Position numbers and translations under genes: made by a program. Under the pieces are notes generated by a model. The model was not told where the DNA came from. It ran no database searches and saw only the letters and a list, made by a program, of their open reading frames with translations. DNA of 63,497 nt, filler included, from Craspedostauros australis (Eukaryota), in assembly GCA_030167865.1 (NCBI GenBank). It is 11 parts of 11 records of this genome, joined end to end, with 100 filler letters (N's around TTAATTAATTAA, not from the genome) between each part and the next. Parts side by side here need not be neighbours in the genome. Positions count along the whole stretch, not along the records: positions 10,712 to 12,595 come from JALAGF010004615.1; positions 12,696 to 14,995 come from JALAGF010004616.1; positions 15,096 to 22,842 come from JALAGF010004617.1; 8 more parts are not named here. One strand, 5' to 3'. This document shows, piece after piece, positions 10,712 through 22,942 of the stretch (position 1 is its first letter; each line of letters starts with the position of its first letter).

Positions 10712-12595
10712 GGTCTACCATCGTAGATTTGATTGTCTGTATCCGAATCTGTGTCTGCTGTGTTGTTGATTGCTCCCTGAATAAACCAGTTTGCGTGTTC
10801 GCCGTCATCACCTGCTTCTCTGTTGCTGCCAGCGGCTTGGGCGACAATGACTCCGAATGCCCCTCGCAATGTTTCCAACGAAACCGAAACACTGCTGCGA
10901 TGATTCAGCATGTTACGGTAGGTCTGCAGCACCGTTGCGTTGTCCAGGTCTCTATTCGTGTGAACATCGTCTGTGCAACAGTAGTGCATTAGCTTGTGCA
11001 GAAACAGAAGGATGACTTCCACAATCCGTACCACTGCTTGGCATTGGAAGGTTGCGAATGGCGGCTGCACCTTGTGCTGCCTCATCATCCTGGTCATCAA
11101 ATCAGAGCCGCCCTTGAATGAATTCCAACGGGCTACAAACGATGGAACCAAGGTGTGGACCTTTGGCACCGGCATTGGTAGTTCCTGGCATGCCTTCCAT
11201 ATCATCAATTGGTGGAATACATCCTCTTCTGTCAATGACGCAATGTGTTTCCCCCCGGTTGAGCCCATGTGGGGGTTGCGTTTCGAATTCAGATACTTTC
11301 GCAGCGTCTTGCCTGACGCTGCCTCGCGGGACGCGGCAGTGGAGTGCGCGTATGCAAACTCCAACTTCAGCTCATACAGATTTTGTAGCACGATTCCGTA
11401 TGATTGAAGTACATTGGGTTGGAAGTGTGTGGACATTGATCTTATGGTGTTAGCAGTTGCATCACCTGGTGGTAGGAGGAGGTTGGTTCGAGAGGATCAG
11501 TGGAGAAAAGCAAGAACAGTTGGAGTGAGCACCGCGTATCGACTTTTGAAATTCATGGCAGGAGCTCCATCCATTTCATACAAGGACGTACCAATTACAA
11601 TCATCGCCCCTGTCACCCCAAAGACGAAGGCATGATGAAGCAGTTGAATCATCTCTGATTTCTTTTCGAATAATGNCCTCCACTTGTCGTCTTGGAGATC
11701 CACGAACACATGGCTCTTTCCCTCTGTCCCATGCTCCCAATCGGCCTTCCGCTGGTGCCGTCTTTCGAGGTCTTCTGTGTCTGTCGTTGCCCGAGTCTTG
11801 ATCTCCACAACAAAGACTTCATCGTCGCTGTCGTCCTCTGGATCACCGACGATTGCAAGGAAGTCGACGGAGGCGCGGGCGTATGGTGCATTGGTGTTTC
11901 GCACCACCCCCACTTGGTATGTTGCCTTCACTTGCCTTCCCTCGCCGCCCACTCCAACACAGTGGAGGGCCTGCTTCATGAGGGGAGCTTCGTTTTTGTG
12001 GCCCAGCTTGGCGAGCTTTCCAGCCTTGCCCCGAACCGACTTCATGAACCACGATTGTAACATGAGAGTCGTGAGGTCGTNGTCAAGCTTGTGCATCCAC
12101 TCTGAAGTGGTGCTTCCTGCCTGGAAACTGGATGGATGGTCAGGCTCCTGCTCGATCTCCTTCATTGCCAGGGCAACCAATCTCTCCACAACCTTCTCTC
12201 GTGGCATTTTCGTTATGTTGGTCTTGGGGAGACGAGCCTTGAGGTCTTTCTTGAGGGAGGCGTCGCTGAAGGCCAGGAATCGCCGTCGAACCTTGTCATC
12301 ATCAGCAAGGATGGTGCGGAGCATTTTGCATCGTGTGGCTTTGCTTCGCTGGGCCTTGCTGCGGTAAAAAATAGCCATGAGTTCGATGAAGTCTTTGTCT
12401 GAGAAGGTATCCTCTTCAGGGGCATCGTCGCGGAGAGAGGAGAGAAGTGCAATTTCAACATGACGGGAATTGAAGGTGGGAGATGTGAGTTTGGAGTATA
12501 AATCAAGTGCGCGCAATCTCGCCTTTTCTGCTTGCAATGCTTGGAGGTACTTCGCCTTCCGACCAAGCACGTCATATCCCAAGTAGCGGCCAATG
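10712..12595 (-). mobile_element. piggyBac-like transposase/YqaJ-nuclease fusion, copy 1 (partial; intron 11466-11591)
   Basis: Nuclease motifs LGHKNE, ASVDF, VEIK (EIK 11797-11805) and QLLHH are spliced via a GT-AG intron to ARWNSFKGGSD, which resembles the piggyBac YN..MGGVD motif. Collinear with 20900-22110. Confidence 0.75.
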
Positions 12596-13656
12596 NNNNN
12601 NNNNNNNNNNNNNNNNNNNNNNNNNNNNNNNNNNNNNNNTTAATTAATTAANNNNNNNNNNNNNNNNNNNNNNNNNNNNNNNNNNNNNNNNNNNNTGTCG
12701 GAATCGGTTTTGTGTCGACCATCAATCCATTTTGTGAGCGCACGAAACCAAGACTGGCAACTCGTGACTCGAATCCGAACATCAGATCCGAACCACGAAA
12801 CCGAACATCGATTGAGCAAACACAAAACAACAAAAACAACAATCGGCCAATTCGCGCCAAAACGCACTCAACCAACACCTTCCATCGTCAACCTGTGCGC
12901 TGAGAAGGTGCCTTGCACATCCAACGCATGGTCCGTTCGTGGGACCATGCCCTAAGTGCTAAGCTTCGTACGGATGGCAACGCAACAAAGAAGTCGTTCG
13001 TCTATCTAAGTTCGTTCATGGAGCGTTATCCTGTCAAGGTCATCTTGCTGAACTCAACAAACTTCGGCCAGCGAAATATTCCCAATCTCGCTCCATCTCG
13101 ATCAACATCTTCCGCTCTCTCTGTCTGCCCGCAATCACGCGCACAGCACCGCGATACGCCGCACTGAACCTCGCCATGCATCCTGCACCTCAAGCAACTA
13201 ATCATAAATCACTCGTTATCAGATTACAAGACTTCCTCTCCACCTTTCTTTCCTTGGTGTGCTTGGATGGTGCGATGAGACAGGCCATCAAGAGGAATGC
13301 AAACCAACAGTATTACGGACCAAGGAATGAGACTCAACTGCTCTGTTCTACTATATCACTCTACTCTGCAAACCGACCATCTTGACACAGAACGATCATC
13401 CACAACGTTGATGGCGATCTGCCGATGCGGGAGAAACTTTCGGCGGTGAAGGTCACTGCAGAAGCCGATCAAACCAAGGCAGTTTGCAACGCAGCCGGCG
13501 GAGGGAATCGCACACTCCTCCACACGCATGCCAAGCCAGAGACGCTGCTGTCTTGGAGCACATGATCCCGGACAACCACACCGATAATGCACAAAGAAAA
13601 ATACTCTCTATTGGATTGGAGAATTGTGTGTACTTCAAGTAAGATTTGATGACTGC

Positions 13657-14995
13657 TCATGTCCTGGTGACGCCGTCAGAGAGCAGCAACGGAAAGCTGG
13701 ATTGCAAGCGATTGAGATTGCCGCCGGCATCGGTGACCAAGTTGTGTGCTGGGACGCCATGGATGGCGGATCCGATCAGCAAGGTCGATCGTTCCATCTT
13801 CTCGATCGGATTCACGTTGTCCTGGATGACGGTGCCCATAACATCGTTCTCGAAGCAATGCGTGACGCAAACGAGGACGTGCAAGGACGAGCAATCGATG
13901 GACAGCGAACCGCTCCGGCTCAGCGCATCGAGGAGGTCGAAAGCCTTGTCCTTCTCCGTCTTGATTTCTGATGAAGTGAGGACCGATGATTCCGCTTTCG
14001 TCAGGAGGTTGGCCTTGCGTTTGCGAGTCCACGAGGCGGATGTCTTGATGATCGTGGATCGCAGAGCGTTGTCGGGATCGTACTTCTCCATGGAGTCGTC
14101 CAGCATCTTCGGGATGAGAGTGAAGTCGATTTGCGTTGATGATGGTGCACTGCCGCCTGTCTCCCCCGTGCCTTCGCGAGCATCGGCAGTTATATCGACG
14201 CTCGCGTTTGCGTCTGTAGCCATTTGCTGTGTTTGGTCGAGGGAAGTGATTTGTTGTTGGATGCCTGTTTCTGCGAACAGAGGAGGAGGAGCGGCAGAAG
14301 GCTCCATGGGGACTTCTGGCATGGCCGCCTGGTACGAGGATATGGCAGGCGCCGACATCCTCATTGCCTTCCTTGCGAACAAATTTGTGGAGACTTTTTT
14401 CCGTGCGGCTGGCGCTCCTCCAAACGCCATCGGCGTTCTAGCCTTTTGCATCTCCAGCTCCATTTCGGCCTTCTTCCTCTCCTCGTCAAGTTGCTTCTTC
14501 TTCTCGGCTTCGATCACAGCCATGACGGCCTTTACGTGGGCCTTTACATTGCCGACCTTACTGTGGATATCGGCAGTCGGCAACCCATCGAATGACAGCA
14601 AGTCGGACGGAACCTGGTACTCGATGAAGAGCTTCATGAGGTCCTGCATCATTTGCATCTCCTTGGCCAGGGCGTCGGTCGGCAATCCCAACAGCTTCTC
14701 GAGCTGCGGCTTGATCTCGACGATGCAAACGCCGAACACGGAGGACTCCAGCTGCATGCTGCGGAATGCCTTGGCGAAGCGCTGTTGTTCCGGCGAAAGC
14801 GACTTGATGGCATCCTTGAACTCCTTCGCGGTGGGGAGCTCATCCAGCAGAAGCGGGATGATCAATTCATCCTTGTTTTGGACGATGATGGCGTCCTTGG
14901 GATTGAGCTTAGTGGGGCCCGCCATGTTGCCGACGATGAGGATGAAGGATGAGAACTGGCGGGCGCGGGCGATGAGGTCGTAGCTTTTCTTGGTG
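13657..14995 (-). CDS. Conserved hypothetical protein, 3' part (5' end lost in gap); resembles the C-terminal region of protist ubiquitin-like-domain proteins
   Basis: Frame open from the contig edge, with strong codon bias and a globular sequence (ARARQFSSFILIVG...LSPEQQRFAKAFRSMQLESSVFGVC). The family link is recalled, not verified. Confidence 0.7.
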
Positions 14996-15095
14996 NNNNN
15001 NNNNNNNNNNNNNNNNNNNNNNNNNNNNNNNNNNNNNNNTTAATTAATTAANNNNNNNNNNNNNNNNNNNNNNNNNNNNNNNNNNNNNNNNNNNN

Positions 15096-15180
15096 GACAG
15101 CAGAATGGCGACAGCAGAATGGCGACAGCAGAATGGCGACAGCAGAATGGCGACAGCAGAATGGCGACAGCAGAATGGCA
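15096..15180. repeat. 14-bp minisatellite (GACAGCAGAATGGC)n, about 6 copies, at contig edge
   Basis: Perfect tandem units seen directly. Confidence 0.95.
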
Positions 15181-15541
15181 GCAACAGAAGTGGTGATGAC
15201 AACAGGGATAGCAGTGGCGAAACCAACGGCAGCAAGCCGACAGTAACGGCAACAGTAATAACAAGGGTTGCAGCAGATGCACCTTTTGACATCAAACCAA
15301 GTGTAGTCTATTGATTCTTGATGTTTGTAGATGTGCAAACAATAGAGTGGCAAGATCGACGAGACCGGTAAACAAAACAAGAAGAGAGACCAGTGGTCCC
15401 AGTGTGGAAAGAAGTGTCATATACAACATGTTGCAGATGGTATGTTTGACACTCGGTTTGTCTGGGACAGCTGCTCATTTTGATGACACCCACAGGCACA
15501 TCACTTTGGAAAATGCAGACATGTTTGCATACAAGTACTAC

Positions 15542-18500
15542 CCTCTAAGATGTGCTGTGGGCTTTCCACCATCGTCCTCCTCCTCCTCCTTCTCTTCGTT
15601 GTGTCTATTGCGATCTCTCAGGCTGTGGTTCTTGGGGCTGTTCTGTTCCTCATCCCATTTCCAGTAACACCCAGTAAGCTCCAATTCCAACAGCATCTTT
15701 GATTGTCTATATCAAACCACCCATCACCCTCCTTCGTTTGCCCTGGCACCACCTTCGAATCATGTGTTAGGAATCGAGGGTACGACTTTGTCGGAATATC
15801 CATTATTGTCGCACCTCCCAACACTATTCGTCACACCTTTGAATAGTATTCGTCACATGTTAGCTACCATGACCGTTAATGCTGGACGTACTCTTGTGGA
15901 TATGGAGTATCTCCCATCCTCAGCCAAGGATGGATATGTCGCACCCTTTGTCGATGATGGAGATAGGGACGTCTGGCTTGGGATAGAATTGAGATTTGTT
16001 GCTGGTTTGCAGTAGGGACATGATCTCTTTCTTTCCTAAAGCGTAGGAAGAGGTACTGGGGCTGTTGGATGTAGTCATGATGGGGTTGTGGTTGTCAGTC
16101 GTTGTTTTCTGTTATTGTTGTGTGCAACGTAGAGAAAAGGAAGACAGACATGGAGCAACGCATTGTGAGTGACTGTCCTCATTGTTCAACACCAGACTTA
16201 CCTTTTGGCAGTTCATGGTACAATGGGCGGTACACAAGCATGCACTTGGACATCAATGTAAGACAGTTGAAAGTTGTCAGGCATAAGCTACGACATTGAA
16301 TCCTTTGTCACAGGTAGTCTAGGGTGTGGGGAATGGCATGTGTGTTAAATCCTCTTTCGGCCATTACTTGGTGGATGGAGAGTGTTTCAAGGCAGACTTG
16401 AGTTTCTTTCTCTCGTCTTTCTTGTCGTAACTTCCAGAGTAACCGCGACGTCTGTTGTTGGTCGCTTTTCCTTTTCCTCCTTTCTGGTTGGAACGTCCAC
16501 CTCCTTTGTTAGTAATCGACTTGGCGTCATTGTCTTTGTTGTGGTCTTCCCCACTGGTCTTGGCACCAGAAGCATCAACCGCGAGAACCTTCGAAGTTTG
16601 CTAAGCGTAGGCCTCTTATTCCGAGTTGGAGATGAGCAACTTTGCTTTGATTCTTCCAACGAGCTTTTGGATAGGCAATGCATCCCAGGAGTTTTCGATC
16701 TCAGTCTTGATGTCGTTGGACTGAATGGACGTCTTGAACGTCTCGGTTTGCTTCACCAGAGCGTCGGGAGGGTTAAAGTCGAAACCATCCACTTCAATGC
16801 TCCTTTTGTTGGTCATCATGCAGTTGTTGACCAGGGTCAGGTACTGCTTGGTGTACTCGTCGAATTCGGTTACCTTTCCGTTGAATCTCACGGAAGTGAG
16901 ACCATGGATCTTAGACTTGATGATTTGGTTGAGGAAGAATGGGTCAATGAAGCTATCACAGATGTTCTTCCATGTGTGGTGGCCGCTTCCCCTTCCATAT
17001 ATGGTGGATGCATCGCCGCAGTGGATCAGGTGTGAACCTGTGGTCCCTGAGACGTCAAGTGCCTCACTGAGTACCCCGAATAGAACAGAGTTCTTGATCG
17101 GAAACTCATCAGCCACCTTGGAGTCATTGGCAACCTCCATCAATTCCATAACGCCTAACATGGCAGATGCCTGAAGCTTCCAACTGGGGAAGTCGTATGG
17201 GTCACCGCCAAATTTGGCGAGTTTGCGGATGGTCTTTACCTCAGCGCGGGGCTTGTTGGCCTGTTTCTTGATCGTTCCGTTCTGCAAGAAGGATCCTGCA
17301 TTTTCACACAGTTCTGCATAGGTCTCACTGGTGTAAGGTCTGCCCTTGTGTTTGAGCACCCAGACTGCAGCTCCTAAGACGTCGATAGCCGTCCTAGTAT
17401 AATCACCGATCTCTCCCATGAAGTCCATGTCCTTCAAGTTTGTTGGGGCAAAGTAGATACCTTGAACATTGTCTCCATGGAGATTCCAGTGAATGGTGAG
17501 CTTGAATGCAATCGCATTGCTCTTATCCCTTCCTTCAATCGCAGCTAAAGCTCTGTAGTAGCCAAGTGCTTTCATGATGGTTGGGTATGCTCCATCATTG
17601 GCCTTGAATACGTCCTCTGGTTGAGGCTCATAGCTAAGGATATTGTAGGTGACCTCCTCTCCTTCGTCGGACATCATGGTTCTTATGGATATGCTTATCT
17701 CTCAGGTCGTACCTTGGGGCTAGCTGTGTCAGTTTCTTCTTCTATTCTTAGTACTGTTGTTGGGTTTCAATAACAGTAAGCGGCAAAGAAGCAATGTAGC
17801 GAACGCAGTGTTAGTCATTTAGTCTCAAGGTATTGATATGTGATTTGGTGCAAACTGGTCACTGTTCAATCATCTTGGAGGAGGTATGGCTGACGGCTGG
17901 GGAGAGCGTGGCGTTGGCACCATGGCGGCTTTGGCGGAGGAGGAGGCGACATGGATAGTTTGAGTTAAAAGCAAGAAATGGATGCAAGCGATGTGCTAAT
18001 CGTGGAGCTTTAACGCCCGGCATCCTACGATAGCATGTTAGCGTTAGTCCCTTGTGGAGATTTGGTTTGTATGGATAGTGCTTTAGGTCTGTGTCCAGCA
18101 GGGTCCTTATTCGGCATGTTACGTGTAATTTCCGATCACACTCTATGGTACTCAGGGTCTTGTACATGTCGATCCCTTGACATGACTCATCTATTTCACG
18201 GTAAAGGTGCGCGAATCCTTATACTGACCAGCATTTCGTTATCATTAATGAAGTGTGATACTTGTAATGCGGTTATCTGCAGCGGTTCCTAGGGTCACCA
18301 GGATACCAACTGAGGTCCGAACTCAGGTGGTAAGCCATGGGTCTTCTAAACGTCAACCTGTCTCTATCGTGGGAATAAATACAGTTGTTACCCACTCCAT
18401 TAACTATAGCAGATAGTCAGGCTGCATGGTTAAATAAGTATCCCTCCACGGTAGAACCATTGAGTTATATCGATGTATTCCATACGTGTGGTTAACTCTC

Positions 18501-18677
18501 CTGAGTTATGGGTCGCTACTCATCCTATTTACCCAAGAGATCCGTGTCACCCGAATTTCCGGAATAACACAGCACCATAGCGGGGAGTCGAACCCCCTAT
18601 TAGCCGGAGCTTGTCAGTCCCATTTCTGAACTACAGTAGAGGCGGGATCACACTCTCATATGCCCTGCATATGTCAT
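15542..18677 (-). mobile_element. Degenerate, 3'-truncated copia-like remnant (gag + protease) nested in the transposase gene
   Basis: Flanked by the direct repeat AGTACTAC (15534-15541, 18678-18685). Gag-like ORF 16616-17677 (KFGGDPYDFPSWK). Decayed protease-like IIDKGCDISILG*GW near 15915-15960. Confidence 0.65.
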
Positions 18678-21600
18678 AGTACTACGCCATGTTGACATTT
18701 GGTACCTCATCTTGTCTGTACAAAGAAGCATTTGCAAAGGATGATGTGAAGATGGATGCATTGGAGTACCTGCAGTTCATGGTTGCATTCAGCACACAAT
18801 CAACCTTCCGGACATCCACGAAAGACATGTACACCATGGGCTTGCTGAGCACCAAAGTGGGGGCACCAAGCAAGACCGAATACAACAATTGGTGTTGCAA
18901 ACTCCAGGAAGACGGCAACAAGATCGAGTCCAATGCTCACTACTTCTGGCAGGATCTCCAGGCTCAGTGCAATCACACTTTGAAGCAACTGGTTGTGAGA
19001 GGCACAGCTGGCCAACGCACTGTGACAATCGACGATGATAAAGTGCACTGCGAGAGCACCAAAACATTGCGAAGTGGCATCTCCCGGCACAAGCATCCGA
19101 AGCCCAACAGATGGGGGTGAGTTGTACAATGTCAATACTGTGCTTTTGGATCATGGGATTGAATGTATGTCATGATTGTACAATTGTCAATCATTTTGAA
19201 TCTCACACACACCACATGCATGTCTGCATCCCTCTCTTTCTCATCAAACTCTGTTGCTTCCCTATCTCTTGAACTTGTGAAATGTTGATGCAAAGATTCA
19301 CCATCAATACCTTGGCAATGACGATGTCTGGGGTCCCTTGCAGAGTCCAAGTCATCCAGGAAACCAAGACGAACACTGCAAAGGATCTGATTGAGGACCA
19401 ATTTGCAACCACCAATGCCCTGCAGAACACAGAAGTTCTCTGTGATCGCGGATATGGCTCTCTCAAGCTCACACAGGGTCTTGTTGAAGGCGGAGCGGAC
19501 ATTCAAGGCACTCACAAGAGGGCTCCACACATGCCATTCATCAATGGAACGTACCGGACCAACCCAAACCAACTCATGATCAGTGTGACAGAACCCACAA
19601 GACTCTTCCTTGCCACCTCCAGCAAGGTGAAGGGTGCGACCTACTGTTGCTATGGTCTCCAAGACAACGGAAAGATGATCATGATGGCAAAGACAGGAGT
19701 TGGAAGGTTCGACTGGGATCTCACCATGGCAAAGGTGAAAGAGGAGATCATGTACCATCGCCATGTCCAAGCCAAGCGCACAAATCACCCAGATCTTCTG
19801 GCTCATCCAGAGAAGTTCCCAGAGTACTTCTCTGCAGCTGTCGTGAACCTGGAGAAGTCTCCTGCTGTGGTGCTCGCAATTCAGGCCAGAGACAAAGCAA
19901 TTCAAGCCATCCAGAATGCACCGAATGACCCAGATGCAGTCAAGGCAGCTGTCATCCTTGCCAAACAAGCCTCACAGGCACCAGACAACGCGAAAGACAA
20001 GGCAAGGATGAGATGGGCACAGAAGATTCGAGACCTTGATGTTGTTGGGATGACCTGCAAACAGCGAGATCCACTTTGGTTCATGTTGCGAAAGTTCTGC
20101 TTGACCAGCTCCACTGTCCACAACATCATCAACGTGGTCCTGGCCAGCACCGAGTGCTGCAAGGAGACGAATGGCCATGTTCTCCATCATCAGGCATGGG
20201 AAATCATTGCCACATTCATGGGCATCGACGTTGAAGCCAGAAAGCAACAAACTCATGTGGAGATTGGAACAGGTGAAGTCAAGAATCGGGCACAAGAGCG
20301 ATTCAATCTCCTCACAGATGATGCCGAAGACTCAAAATCCATCGAGCAAACAATCACCCAAGTTCTTCAGAATCGCGACAATCCTCCTGTCGACTGGCTG
20401 CTCGAGGATGTGACTGAATTGGTGGTGCTCTTCTGTGGTGGGTTCAAGCCAAAAACAGCTGACAGTATCTACAAGAAGCTCAGGACTGTGATCCAACAAC
20501 ATCAGAAGCCGGATCGCCGGTATGTTGCCATGACACCAAAGACCATGGAGGCAATCTACAAGGCAAGATTCCCCAACTCTGGCAAACTTCCGGCAAAGGG
20601 TGAAATGATGAAGGCATTGGTGCGGCATGACAAAGCATCCATCACTTTGGCTCTTGACAATCTGGAGGTGGATGGTGGCGACGACAATGTTGAGGGCAGC
20701 ATCACCAGCAATATCGCCCGTTTCCCATCGGCCGACGACGGCGTTGGCATCGACTCTCTGGCTTCCCTTCCTGTTGAAGCCGATGTCATGCTTGCCACCG
20801 GACACAATGTCGAAGGCGATACTGAAGGCATCACCAACAACGATGTGAGGAATAACGAAGAGGACGGAGGCATGATGGCGCTGAAGGAGGCCTTGGTGAA
20901 AGAGGCACCGAAGACGTGGTTCATGAAGCCTTTCACTGGTGAGGAGCAACGTGCCACCAGACTGGGCCACACCAATGAGCAGCCACTCATGAAGAAAGCT
21001 GAGAAGGTATCGAAATTGACTGGAGATCCTAGCTGTGTGAAGGCCGCATACACAGCAGGGTTGGTGCATCGCGGAGACAAGCCCTATGCTCGATCATCCG
21101 TTGACTTTCTTGCAGTTGTCGGAGACAGCACCAACGATGAAGATGATGAGGTCTTTGTACTCCAGGGCCTCAAGCAAAACCAAGGAGGAGGAGAAGGAGC
21201 ATCAGTTGTCTTTGCAGCACCAATACCGGCTGAATCCCAACTTGCATCTCTTTGCAGATTCAGAGATCGACATCTTTCAGGCATTGATCCGCAAGGAAGG
21301 TGAAAGACTCCAGTTGCTCCATCATGCATTCGTCCACGGTGTCAGCGGAGCACTCATGGTGATTGGTAAGCTTGATGGCATCGGCGTTGACTATGTGTAA
21401 TGAAATTGGGCCCATGCTGCTTCCGCCCATGCATGATGTTCGCATGCTTTTGACACCATACTAACTTGTTGCTCGCTCTGCTACTTGTGCTGTGTTGATT
21501 GGAACTGCATGGCAAGCAGGCGACAGCAAGGCCAAAATCCTCAGATCCATTGCAACCAGATTCACACCTGCGTTGATGGAAGCCTATGCCTTGGTACTTG

Positions 21601-22727
21601 ACGATCTGTGCAAGCTTGTGATCGAGTTTGCATACGAAGAAGATTCACTGGGACGAATTCCATCTGAAGATCTCATGAGGCAGTTCATGTCATCCAATCC
21701 AGGCAGCGGCAACTTCGAGGGCAAAGGCTCCTACCTCCCGAACATGTCAGAGGATGACCTCTTCCATCAGCTCATGATGTGGAAAGGATGCGACAATCTC
21801 ACCTTCCCGGTCCCTCGCGTCAAGACCTTCCTTCCAAAGCTGGCAGCAAGGTGGAACATCATGAAGGGTGGTTCCGATATCATGTCAAGATTGATGGAAC
21901 AGCACAAGGTGAAGCCCCCAAAAGTCTCCTTCCAATGCGTACTCGTGTCACGTCTTATGCAACTGATGATGACACTTGTGCACAAGCTAATCCAGATCAC
22001 GGACAACAGGGCAATCAAGACAAATGCAGATCTCGATCGATCACCATCGTTGATCCATCTTCGGAACAAGATGAACAAGAAGTGGAGCTACTGTGACTCC
22101 CTTGCTGCCATTACCAAATGCCTATTCCACCACTTGGCTGTGGCATACACTCAAACCCGACTGGCACATGAAACGAATGACAAGAAGAGGCTCAGACACA
22201 TTGAAGAAAAGCTGAATCTCTCCAGTGGCATCAAATCATTCCATGGTGGTGACTTCAAATTGAATGGAGCACCGGAGACATGACAGCCATTGTTGGCCAT
22301 CCTTGGAAAGACCCCAGCTGAGAGAACTGCCTCAGAGGCATCATTCATCGAAGGCCTGCACAAAGGGGACCATACCCTTGTGATGTTTCAAGGCAAGAGG
22401 AGAAGCTGTGTGGTGTGCAAACTGAAAGTCACAACATATTGTACAGGATGTCATCTCACCGTCTGTGGAGCCAGCAGGAAAGCAAAGGCAAAGTCTGCAT
22501 GGCTGGAGAAGTGTGACATCCCAGGTCATCTGGCACTGTTGAAGGTACCCGATGAAGATGGGGTCCTGGTGATTCCCAACACATGTCACCACATCCTGCA
22601 TAGCAGAGACACCAAATGGTGCACGAAGGTTGGGAAAGGATTGCAGGAGGCTGCTTGGCCTGCGGCTGTGGCAGTTCAGAGCGGTCACGAACGAGCTGAA
22701 GAAGATGGAACAGATGGCAGGGCAACA

Positions 22728-22842
22728 ACAGCACCAGCACCAGCATCAGCACCAGCATCAGCATCAGCACCAGCATCAGCACCAGCACCAGCATCAGCAC
22801 CAGCATCAGCACCAGCATCAGCACCAGCATCAGCACCAGCAT
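22728..22842 (+). repeat. Hexamer microsatellite (CAGCAC/CAGCAT)n
   Basis: Seen directly. Encodes APAS in the transposase frame and runs into the gap. Confidence 0.9.
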
Positions 22843-22942
22843 NNNNNNNNNNNNNNNNNNNNNNNNNNNNNNNNNNNNNNNNNNNNTTAATTAATTAANN
22901 NNNNNNNNNNNNNNNNNNNNNNNNNNNNNNNNNNNNNNNNNN

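Larger units (their letters stand above)
15311..22842 (+). pseudogene. piggyBac-like transposase/YqaJ-nuclease fusion, copy 2, near full length but disabled
   Basis: Reconstructed exons: ~15311-15541 joined to 18686-19116, then 19296-21365, then 21520 onward. Motifs: TIDDDK (19031), KPNRWG, LCDRGY (19444), GTHKR, QRDPLWFMLRKFCLTSS (20062), LGHTNE, SSVDF, QLLHH, WNIMKGGSD (21876) and a C-terminal RRSCVVC..TTYCTGCHLTVC..CHHILH Cys-rich domain. Lesions: 3.1-kb insertion, frameshift at ~21160, TGA at 22281. Confidence 0.8.

Noticed and set aside
17845..17922. Self-priming hairpin in the nested copia remnant (tggtgcaaac / gttggcacca)
   Set aside because: Only 9 of 10 positions are complementary and the LTR boundary is undefined, so it could be chance.
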